A stretch of 64,000 nucleotides of DNA, from contig OY969814.1 of NCBI GenBank assembly GCA_963703345.1, forward strand, positions 1,152,001 to 1,216,000. The letters run 5' to 3'. The position numbers and the translations under genes are program-made. This document shows positions 36,936 to 45,281 of the stretch, piece after piece (positions within the stretch are counted from its first letter, which is position 1; every line of letters starts with the position of its first letter). The notes under the pieces are model-generated. The model saw only the letters and a list, made by a program, of their open reading frames with translations, was not told the origin of the DNA and searched no databases. Origin of the DNA: an uncultured Chloroflexia bacterium (GTDB lineage Bacteria > Chloroflexota > Dehalococcoidia > DSTF01 > JALHUB01).

Positions 36936-38324
36936 TCAAGTGATTCTCTCGTGCTCCAGAAGCTCCTTGACCGTGATGGGCACGATGTCCAGACCGTCGT
37001 GTTGATTGGCGCGTTTAATCTCCTTCATGGAGTCAGAGCTGAATCCGAAGGCTATGAAGTAGCCGCGCAGGCGCTTATCGCGGCGCATGGCTGTCTCGAA
37101 GTTGTCAATATCCGGACGGCCAGCGCGATCCTGTTGCTTGACCTGAATCGGATACCACCTGTCAAGCGTTTCGAAGAAATCCCCTTTTCTTCCCTTTTCT
37201 ATGTCAGCCAGGTAGAGGCGACCGTCGATGCCGTAGTCGCCCACCTTGACCTCGTTGGGTATGCCGCCAAGAGCGATGACCGCCCAGTTTTCAAACTCTC
37301 TATGAGGTATACGCCGGAGATCATCCTCGGTCTTAGGCATATCGATTAGCCTGAAGTCGATGCCCTCTTTAAGACCTAGCCGCTTATCGAGTCTTTGGGC
37401 CATGACTCTGCAAGCTGTAGGCGACATATCAATGCCGATCCACCGGCGCTTGGACTTTGCAGCAGCCTCCAGCGTAGTGCCACATCCGCAGAAGGCATCG
37501 AGCACGATATCCCCCTCGTTCGAACTCGCCTTGACGATCCGCTCCAAGAGCGCCAACGGCTTTTGTGTCGGGTAACCCAATCCCTCGCTTGACCAAGAAA
37601 CAATTGGAAGGATGTCAGTCCAGATTGACTGAAGGGGTGTGCCGGGCAGCTCATCTAGGTAGCGTTTGTACCGCGGAATGCCCCTCTTGGTGTAGAAGAT
37701 GCGTCCCTCCGCTTCCAGCTTTTCCATGTTTACGAGGGTGAATCGCCAATTGCGCGTGATCCCTTTCCACTCATACCGAGGGCCACGTCCTCCCGGAGCC
37801 GTCAGATCGTCAGAACGAAAGCGACCGCGCTGGTCATGATATCGGAAGTACCGCTCGACATAGATCGGATCGTACTCGGTATATTCAGGATTCCATGTAA
37901 ACTGGTTGGACTTGGTGTAAAACAGGATCGTGTCGTGCAGGTGACCGTATCGCCCAGCGTCGCTGTGAGCTGTCTGCCGCTTCCAGACAATCTCGTTCTG
38001 GAAGTTGTTGAAACTGAAGACCCGGTCTAGTTCCACCTTGATGTAGTGGGAGGCATGCCAATCACAGTGATAGTAGAAGCTCCCCGTTGTCTTTAGAACG
38101 CGGTGAAGCTCCCGTATGCGAGGTCGCATCCAGTCCAGATATGTCATAGCGTCGCCAAAGCGATCCTCGAAGGCCCGCCGTTCCTGCGCCTCACCCCAGA
38201 AGACCTCGTAGTTTCGGCTGCTGTTGAACGGCGGGTCAAGGTAGACGAGGTCAACCGATTCGTCTGGGATATAGTTCGGCATCACCTCAAGGTTGTCGCC
38301 GCAGTAGATAACGTTCGTCTCCAT
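36936..38324 (-). CDS. Beta-class N6/N4 DNA methyltransferase fused to Mrr-like endonuclease domain
   Basis: DPPF precedes YPTQKP and DAFCGCGT; C-terminal EFE..GDYGIDG..IQVKQ; lower GC. Confidence 0.88.
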   Translation of the reverse strand: METNVIYCGDNLEVMPNYIPDESVDLVYLDPPFNSSRNYEVFWGEAQERRAFEDRFGDAMTYLDWMRPRIRELHRVLKTTGSFYYHCDWHASHYIKVELDRVFSFNNFQNEIVWKRQTAHSDAGRYGHLHDTILFYTKSNQFTWNPEYTEYDPIYVERYFRYHDQRGRFRSDDLTAPGGRGPRYEWKGITRNWRFTLVNMEKLEAEGRIFYTKRGIPRYKRYLDELPGTPLQSIWTDILPIVSWSSEGLGYPTQKPLALLERIVKASSNEGDIVLDAFCGCGTTLEAAAKSKRRWIGIDMSPTACRVMAQRLDKRLGLKEGIDFRLIDMPKTEDDLRRIPHREFENWAVIALGGIPNEVKVGDYGIDGRLYLADIEKGRKGDFFETLDRWYPIQVKQQDRAGRPDIDNFETAMRRDKRLRGYFIAFGFSSDSMKEIKRANQHDGLDIVPITVKELLEHERIT

Positions 38325-38496
38325 GTTGGGCCAGATTATACACTGCTCCACCGTCAGGTGGCAGTCGCAGAGGTGCCACACACTCACGAGCTCCCATCAG
38401 CAGGATCGTGGGAAACGGGCTGCCCGTCATAGCGGGCCGCGTCGGGGTGTCACTTCTGCCTTGGAAACGGCGCGCAACGGCGCTACAATCGCCGAC

Positions 38497-39498
38497 ATGC
38501 TGTCCGGCAAGTGGGTGTGGGTGTGGAACTGGCGACGCTGCCTCAACGGCGACGCCGTCGCTGTCGCCCGCCGACTGAAGGACGCCGGCTGCCGCGGCGC
38601 CATCGTCAAGAGCGACGACGGCGGGCACGCGTTCGAGCAGGGGCGTCCCGTCTCGGAGATCGTCCAGTCGCTGCAGAGCGAAGGCCTCATGGCCGGCCTG
38701 TGGGGGTACGTCTACGGCTGCGATAGCCCAACGGTCATCTACGGCGACCTCAAGCGCACGGCGTCGGATGAGGCGGCCGTCGCGGCGCGCTTCATCACGG
38801 AGCGGCCGAACGCGACATGTCGAGGGCCCGACCTCTACGTGATCGACGTCGAAGCGGAGTACGAGTATCAGCCCGCGGATCCCGCGGCGACGGCCGAGCG
38901 CTACCTTTCGCAACTCCGCGGCGCCGTCGGGCCCGACTTCCCGCTGCTCTACGCGCCGCTGCCGCAGCCCAACTACCATCGTGGCCTGCCATATCGCGCG
39001 TTCCAGCGGTACTGCCAGGGCGTCGTGCCGCAGGCGTACCACAACGCGATGCAGGTGTCGCCGGAACGGGCCATCGCGCTCTGCTACGACGCTTTCGCCG
39101 CCGAAGGGCTCGTCCAGGTGCCGCTTGCGCCGGTCGGTGGCGCCTACGGCTCCGTGACGCCGGACGAGCTGACGCGCTGGGCAGGGGCCGCCATCGAACG
39201 CGGCGCGACGATGCTCTCCTGGTGGAGCTTCGAGCACATCGAAAGCGACTGCCCCGCGCTCTGGGACGCCATCGCCGCTGTCGACCTCCCTGGAAAGGAT
39301 GAAACTAACGTGGACGACGAAACGAAGAAGACTGCCGACGCCAACGCCTTCCGACAGCGCATCGCCGGGCTCATCCTGAGCGGCGACCCGGAGCTGGCAG
39401 ACCGCGCCTACCGCGAGCTGCAGTACGTCCGCGCCCTGGCCGGCCAGGCCGCTACTGCGACCGACAACAAGGCCCCCTCTGCCCCATCGCCAAGCTAG
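38497..39498 (+). CDS. Putative TIM-barrel glycoside hydrolase (GH25/lysin-like)
   Basis: GKWVWVW, IVKSDDG, LWGYVYG, VIDVEAEYE (DxE), PQAY, SWWSFE; TACAAT 7 nt before the ATG. Confidence 0.55.
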   Translation: MLSGKWVWVWNWRRCLNGDAVAVARRLKDAGCRGAIVKSDDGGHAFEQGRPVSEIVQSLQSEGLMAGLWGYVYGCDSPTVIYGDLKRTASDEAAVAARFITERPNATCRGPDLYVIDVEAEYEYQPADPAATAERYLSQLRGAVGPDFPLLYAPLPQPNYHRGLPYRAFQRYCQGVVPQAYHNAMQVSPERAIALCYDAFAAEGLVQVPLAPVGGAYGSVTPDELTRWAGAAIERGATMLSWWSFEHIESDCPALWDAIAAVDLPGKDETNVDDETKKTADANAFRQRIAGLILSGDPELADRAYRELQYVRALAGQAATATDNKAPSAPSPS

Positions 39499-39594
39499 AC
39501 TAGGCGCCTCCACCTCCTGTAAGATACCGGAGTGTGGCTTCCCCGCGCCTGATTCGCCCGATCACCCCCCGGCGCGAAGCCCAGGAGCAACCGG

Positions 39595-40851
39595 ATGAAG
39601 ATCGCTTTCATCATGTACCAGGGGAACATGTTCTCCGGTGGGCAGGGGATCTACACCTACTACCTCACGCGCGAGCTCGCTCGGATGGGCCACGAAGTGC
39701 ACGTCATCGCCGGTCCGCCCTACCCGGAGACCGACGACGCGGTCACGCTTCACAACGTCAAGACCGAGAGCTACTGGAGCCTCTACCACAACCGCCGCAA
39801 CTTCATGCACGAGCGACATCCGCTCACTCACTTCCATCCCGTCAACTTCTACGAGTTCGCCTCGACGCGCATCGCTCTCTCGTCACTTCTCCTCACGTTC
39901 AGCGTGCGCGCCTACGTCAAGATCAAGGAGCTGATGCCGGAGACGCAGTTCGACATCGTCCACGACAACCAGACTCTGAGCTACGGCATACTGCTCATGA
40001 GAACGTTGGGGCTGCCCACCGTCGCAACAATCCATCACCCGCTCTCTGTCGACCTGCACAACAGCATCCTGCAGTCGCGCTCCATCTACGAGATGGCGCG
40101 TCGCTATCTGTGGTTCCCCTGGATCATGCAGGAAGTGACCGCGCGACGAATGGACCGCATCATCACCGTCTCGCAGAACACGACCCGCGCCATCGAGCGC
40201 ATGTTCCACGTCCCGCGCGAGCTCATGACCTGCGTCTACAACGGCATCGATACCGAGCGCTTTCGTCCCCTGCCTGAAGTGCCGGAGTCGCCGAACACCA
40301 TCCTCTTCAACACGAACTCCGAGGACCGCAACAAGGGCGCCGTCTACCTCTTCGACGCGCTGCGCATCCTGCGCGACCAGGGGGTGCCCTTCCACCTGAT
40401 CATCGTTGACAACGACCGCCGGAGCTTGAAGCTGGCGCCGGAGCTGGTGCGAAGCTATGGCCTCAGCACCCACGTCACCTTCATCGGCCGCGTCTCCAAC
40501 GAGGAGCTGCTGAACCTGTACAATCGCGCCACCATCCTCGCTTCGCCGTCGCTGTACGAGGGGTTCGGCCTTCCCGCTGCCGAGGCGATGGCCTGCGAGA
40601 AGGCGGTCCTGGCTACGACCGCTCCGGCTTTCCCCGAGGTGATGGAGCACGGAAGGACGGGCTGGCTGGTTACTCCCGCCGACGGGCCGGCGCTCGCGGA
40701 GGGCATACAACTACTCCTGGAAAACGCCGATCTACGGCGTCGACTGGGGAAGGCGGCGCGCCAGAGTATCATCGAGCGCTTCAACTGGCGCAAGAACGCC
40801 GAACAGGTCCTCGAGGTCTACGAGGAGGCAATCGCCAAGCGGAGGGGATGA
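39595..40851 (+). CDS. GT4 glycosyltransferase, paralog 1
   Basis: SGGQGIY, VHDNQTL, PSLYEGFGLPAAEAMAC. Confidence 0.92.
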   Translation: MKIAFIMYQGNMFSGGQGIYTYYLTRELARMGHEVHVIAGPPYPETDDAVTLHNVKTESYWSLYHNRRNFMHERHPLTHFHPVNFYEFASTRIALSSLLLTFSVRAYVKIKELMPETQFDIVHDNQTLSYGILLMRTLGLPTVATIHHPLSVDLHNSILQSRSIYEMARRYLWFPWIMQEVTARRMDRIITVSQNTTRAIERMFHVPRELMTCVYNGIDTERFRPLPEVPESPNTILFNTNSEDRNKGAVYLFDALRILRDQGVPFHLIIVDNDRRSLKLAPELVRSYGLSTHVTFIGRVSNEELLNLYNRATILASPSLYEGFGLPAAEAMACEKAVLATTAPAFPEVMEHGRTGWLVTPADGPALAEGIQLLLENADLRRRLGKAARQSIIERFNWRKNAEQVLEVYEEAIAKRRG

Positions 40852-40854
40852 GCC

Positions 40855-41580
40855 ACGTCGGACAACATCGTCAGCGTCGACTTTCGCCGTCACCTCCCGA
40901 TCCGCGCCGGCGACCTGGTGCTTGACGTCGGCTGCGGCGAAGGGCGCCACACCAGCGAGGCGTGTCACTGGCCGTGCCGCGCCGTCGGCGTCGACCTCAG
41001 CATGGACGACCTACGGAAGGCGCAGAGCTTGCTTCGCTACCAGATCGCAGCGCAGGAGATCGTCGGCCGGCCCGACCTCGTCGCCGTCGACGCCCAGAAC
41101 CTGCCCTTTTGCGATGACGTGTTCGACAAGATCGTCTGCACGGAGGTGCTGGAGCACATCCCCGACGACAAGGCCGGCATCCGCGAGCTGGTGCGCGTTC
41201 TCAAGCCGGGCGGACTCATCGCGATCAGCGTCCCCAACTACTGGCCGGAGATCGTCTTCTGGAGCATCTCCTGGGGCTACTGGCACTCCCTGGGCGGCCA
41301 CATTCGGTTCTACCGCCCCGGCGAGATGGCGGCGGCGCTGACGGACAACGGTCTCGATATCTACGCCCAGCGGCTGCGCCATACCGTCCAGACGGTCTAC
41401 TGGTTCTTTCGCTGCGCCTTCGGCATTCGCAACGAGAACTTCGTGTTCACCAAGAGCCTGCAGAAGCTGATGCAGTGGCAGTACCGGCGTCGCCTGCGCC
41501 TGCTGGAGTCGCTGGAAGCGCTCGCTAACCCGGTCTTGGGCAAGGACCTCGTCTTCTATGCAAGAAAGCCGCTCGACTAA
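40855..41580 (+). CDS. Class I SAM-dependent methyltransferase 1; start uncertain (ACG 40855 or GTG 40918)
   Basis: SVDF...VLDVGCGEGRH, CTEVLEHIPDD, RVLKPGG, GGHIR. Confidence 0.85.
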   Translation, partial: TSDNIVSVDFRRHLPIRAGDLVLDVGCGEGRHTSEACHWPCRAVGVDLSMDDLRKAQSLLRYQIAAQEIVGRPDLVAVDAQNLPFCDDVFDKIVCTEVLEHIPDDKAGIRELVRVLKPGGLIAISVPNYWPEIVFWSISWGYWHSLGGHIRFYRPGEMAAALTDNGLDIYAQRLRHTVQTVYWFFRCAFGIRNENFVFTKSLQKLMQWQYRRRLRLLESLEALANPVLGKDLVFYARKPLD

Positions 41581-42412
41581 GCTCAAGGCGCTCTCGGACC
41601 GGACGCCGCGCCTGCCGCGCCCGCCCGCCTATCGCTATCGTGCGAATGGGGCCGGGCACAACGGTAACGGCGCAATGTCGCGACTCGACAGCGTCGACCT
41701 CGACCTGCTGGGGCTGCGCGCAGGCGACCGCCTTCTGGACGTCGGCTGCGGCACCGGCCGACACGTCGTGCGCGCCTGCCGCAGGGACTGTCTCGTCGTC
41801 GGCGTCGACCGCGACATCGACGAGTTGATGGCGTTCAAGTTCTTCGCTTACTGCCTGGCCTGCGAGGGAAAGCTGCTCGCCCGCGCCAACGCCGTAATCG
41901 GGGACGGGCAGCGGCTGCCGCTGGCGGACGAGTCGGTCGATCGCGTCATCTGCACGGAGGTGCTGGAGCACGTTCCGGACGACTGCGCGCTTCTCGCGGA
42001 GCTCAGCCGCGTCCTGCGGCCCGGCGGCACAATCGCCGTCAGCGTTCCCGACGGCCGTTCGGAGTGGCTAGTCTGGTCTGCCGCCTCGCTCCAGAGAGTG
42101 CCCGCCGGCGAGCACCTGCGTCGCTACCGTCGCGGCGAGATAGCGCGACTCCTGCGAGAAAACGGCTTGGAAGTGTACGCTCAGCGCTTCCGGCACTCCC
42201 TCGAGACGCCGTACTGGCTGCTCCGGCTGGGCGCGGGTGAGGGAGGCGTGAGGCATCGCGCCTCGGCCGCCTGGAAAGGCTTTCTCGACGCCAGGTCGGC
42301 GGAGGGCTCGCGAGCACTGGCAGGCCTGGAGGGCGCCGGCAATCTTTTCCTGCCGAAAAGCGCCGTCATTTACGCGCGAAAACCGCTCAGGGGGGCGACA
42401 CGATGCGGATAG
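41558..42412 (+). CDS. Class I SAM-dependent methyltransferase 2 (alternative start 41675)
   Basis: SVDL...LLDVGCGTGRH, CTEVLEHVPDD, RVLRPGG. Confidence 0.88.
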   Translation: MQESRSTKLKALSDRTPRLPRPPAYRYRANGAGHNGNGAMSRLDSVDLDLLGLRAGDRLLDVGCGTGRHVVRACRRDCLVVGVDRDIDELMAFKFFAYCLACEGKLLARANAVIGDGQRLPLADESVDRVICTEVLEHVPDDCALLAELSRVLRPGGTIAVSVPDGRSEWLVWSAASLQRVPAGEHLRRYRRGEIARLLRENGLEVYAQRFRHSLETPYWLLRLGAGEGGVRHRASAAWKGFLDARSAEGSRALAGLEGAGNLFLPKSAVIYARKPLRGATRCG

Positions 42413-43671
42413 CGTTCATCGTCTACCAGGGCAACCCATCCTCCGGCGGCCAGGGCGTGTTCACGTACTACCTGGGCCGCGAGCTCACGCGCCTCGGCCA
42501 CGAGGTGCACGTCATAGCCGGACGGCCGTATCCGGAGGCGGACCCCGCCGTCCACATGCACCGCCTGAAGACGTTCCGCGTCTGGGACCTGATGGACGAC
42601 GTCAATGAGTATCGCTTTCGCACCAATCCGGCCCTTTTCTTCAATCCCTTCAACTTCTACGAGATGGCCGCGACGCGCGTCTCTCTCGGCTCGCTGCTGT
42701 TCACCTTTAGCCTGCGCGCCTACAAGAAGCTGAACGAGCTGTCGCGGGAGCAGCCGTTCGACCTCGTCCACGATAACCAGACGCTGAGCTACGGCATCCT
42801 CCTGATGAAGGCGAGAGGACTGCCGGTCGTCGCCAGCATCCATCACCCGCTGACGATCGACCGCCGCAACCGGCTGCTGCAGGTGAAGAACGTCTACGAA
42901 AAGGCGCTGGCATTCCTCTGGTACCCGTGGGTGATGCAGGACTTCACCGCCCGCCGCCTGGACAGGATCATCACCTGCTCGGAAAACTCGGCGGTGACAA
43001 TCCAGAACGAAGTCCACCTGGCGCCGGGGAAGCTGCAAGTCATCCACTACGGCGCCGACACCGACGCCTTCCGGCCACTGGAGGACGTGCAGAAGGAGCC
43101 GAACAGCATCCTCTTCGTCGGCGACTCCGAGGACCGCAACAAAGGCGCGCGTTACCTGCTCGACGCTCTGCACATGCTGCGACATCGCCAGGAGTTCAAG
43201 GTCACCTTCGTCGACCACCGGCCGGCGTCGCACCTGAAGACCGTCCAGCGGGCGATGAAGCAGTACCGGCTCTACGGCCACATCCAGATCCTGCCGCGGG
43301 TATCGACGGAGGAGCTGGTGCGTCTGTACAATCGCAACCAGATACTGGTCTCACCGTCGCTACACGAAGGCTTCGGCCTTCCCGCGGTGGAGGCGATGGC
43401 CTGCGGCGTGCCGGTAGTCGCTACGCGCGCAGGCGCATTGTCGGAGATCATCGAAGACGGCGTTACGGGCGTTCTCGTGCCGCCGGCTGACCCCGACGCT
43501 CTCGCCCAAGCCTTGCGTATGCTTCTCTCCGACCCGGAGCTGTGCCAACGGATGGGGCAGGCCGGCCGCGAGCGCGTCGTCAGGAACTTCACCTGGCGGA
43601 GGACGGCGGAGCGCATGGCACAGGTCTACGAAGAGGTCCGTCGCGAGGTTGCGCAGAGGCAGCGGGCATGA
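42403..43671 (+). CDS. GT4 glycosyltransferase, paralog 2
   Basis: SGGQGVF, VHDNQTL, PSLHEGFGLPAVEAMAC. Confidence 0.92.
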   Translation: MRIAFIVYQGNPSSGGQGVFTYYLGRELTRLGHEVHVIAGRPYPEADPAVHMHRLKTFRVWDLMDDVNEYRFRTNPALFFNPFNFYEMAATRVSLGSLLFTFSLRAYKKLNELSREQPFDLVHDNQTLSYGILLMKARGLPVVASIHHPLTIDRRNRLLQVKNVYEKALAFLWYPWVMQDFTARRLDRIITCSENSAVTIQNEVHLAPGKLQVIHYGADTDAFRPLEDVQKEPNSILFVGDSEDRNKGARYLLDALHMLRHRQEFKVTFVDHRPASHLKTVQRAMKQYRLYGHIQILPRVSTEELVRLYNRNQILVSPSLHEGFGLPAVEAMACGVPVVATRAGALSEIIEDGVTGVLVPPADPDALAQALRMLLSDPELCQRMGQAGRERVVRNFTWRRTAERMAQVYEEVRREVAQRQRA

Positions 43672-44960
43672 AGGTCTGCTTCCTCCTCCACCAGGGCAAG
43701 ATGCACTCCGGCGGGCAGGGCGTCTACCTCTACAACGTGACGAAGGAGCTGGCGGCGCTGGGCCACGAGGTGCACGTGATGGTCGGGCCGCCTTACCCGG
43801 ACATCGCGCCCGGCATCACGATGGAGGGCATCGAGACGTTCAGCCTGTTCGACGTGTACGGCACGTTCGGCGACCACTTCCGGCGCCGCAGCCATCCGCG
43901 GGACTTCCTGCGTCCGCTCAACTTCTACGAGATGGTCACCTCTCGCGCGGGCATGTTCTCCGGCATGTCGGCGTTCAGCATTCGCGCCTTCGACCGGCTG
44001 CGCCAGATTCAGGCGGAGCGCCGCTTCGACATCATTCACGACGTGCAGGTGCTGGGCTACGGCACGCTGCTGACGCGCATGTGCGGCCTGCCCGTCGTCG
44101 CCAACGTGCACCACCCGCTGGACCTCGACCGCCGGAACGCCGTCATCCAGGCGAGGAGCCCGCGCGAGAAGATCCGCTGGATCATTTTCTACCCCTTCTG
44201 GATGCAGCACGTCGTGGCGCGGCGGCTGGACCGCATCATCACCGGCTCGCACAAGTCGGCGGCGTCGGTGCGGGAGGCGTTCGGGCTGCCGGCGGAACAT
44301 ATCGAGGTGATCCACGACGGCGTCAACACCGAGGTCTTCCGGCCGCTGGACGACGTGGAGAAAACGGCGAACGAGATCCTCTTCGTCGGCAACTCCGACG
44401 ACCGCAATAAGGGCGCCCGCTACCTCATCGAGGCGATGCGCCTGCTGCGCGACGACGACCTCCACCTGACGTTCGTCGACAAGGCGAAGGGCGCGCTGGA
44501 GCTTGTGCCGCGGCTCGTCCGGCGCTACGGGCTGGGAGCGAAGGTGACGTTCACGGGCCGCGTGAGCTCGGAGCAGTTGGTACGACTGTACAATCGGGCG
44601 CAGATACTCGTGTCGCCGTCAGTCTACGAGGGATTCGGGCTGCCGGCGGCGGAAGCTCAGGCCTGCGGAACGGCCGTCGTCTCCACGACGGCGGGGGCGC
44701 TGCCGGAGGTGGTCGAGCACGGCGAGACGGGCTGGCTGGTGCCGCCCGCGGACGCGCACGCGCTGGCCGAGGCGATTCGGCGGCTGATGGCGGACGCGGA
44801 GATGAGGGCGCGAATGGGCGCGGCGGGAAGACAACGAATGGTGCAGCGCTTCACGTGGCGCGAGACCGCCCGCAAGACGGTGGCGCTGTACGAGGAGGTG
44901 CTGGCAGGCCGTCTGGCAAGCCGTCCTACTCCGGCGCAGGCGGCTCCAGCGGCGTCGTGA
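43668..44960 (+). CDS. GT4 glycosyltransferase, paralog 3
   Basis: SGGQGVY, IHDVQVL, PSVYEGFGLPAAEAQAC; ATGA overlap with paralog 2. Confidence 0.92.
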   Translation: MKVCFLLHQGKMHSGGQGVYLYNVTKELAALGHEVHVMVGPPYPDIAPGITMEGIETFSLFDVYGTFGDHFRRRSHPRDFLRPLNFYEMVTSRAGMFSGMSAFSIRAFDRLRQIQAERRFDIIHDVQVLGYGTLLTRMCGLPVVANVHHPLDLDRRNAVIQARSPREKIRWIIFYPFWMQHVVARRLDRIITGSHKSAASVREAFGLPAEHIEVIHDGVNTEVFRPLDDVEKTANEILFVGNSDDRNKGARYLIEAMRLLRDDDLHLTFVDKAKGALELVPRLVRRYGLGAKVTFTGRVSSEQLVRLYNRAQILVSPSVYEGFGLPAAEAQACGTAVVSTTAGALPEVVEHGETGWLVPPADAHALAEAIRRLMADAEMRARMGAAGRQRMVQRFTWRETARKTVALYEEVLAGRLASRPTPAQAAPAAS

Positions 44961-45147
44961 TGAGGGCGCGGCCGATCCAGAAGGCCACGTAGAGCGCTCC
45001 CAGGAAGCCGACGATTACGGGCATCGCCAGAGCCCAGTAGCTCTTGCGCAGCACGCCGACGAGGAAGACGAGCCCGGCGAGGATGCTGCCGCCGCAGATC
45101 GCCGCTCCATACATCTGAGACCGCTCCCGGTAGCTATTCCATTGCAC
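44926..45147 (-). CDS. Small two-TM membrane protein
   Basis: Two hydrophobic helices around SYWALAMPV; GGAGG SD before the GTG. Confidence 0.65.
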   Translation of the reverse strand: MQWNSYRERSQMYGAAICGGSILAGLVFLVGVLRKSYWALAMPVIVGFLGALYVAFWIGRALITTPLEPPAPE

Positions 45148-45281
45148 GGTAAAGCCTCCGCTGTCGAACTGAGGGGAAGAGAGTCTTCTTTCGATGCAGA
45201 CGTATTTATAGCAGGAATCGGCCTGCCTGTCAAACCGGTGGATAGAATCGCGTCGACCTCACGCGGTGCGGGAAGCGGGAG

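Noticed and set aside
36633-39498. Prophage
   Set aside because: Only an MTase fusion and a lysin-like gene; no structural, large terminase, integrase or replication genes.
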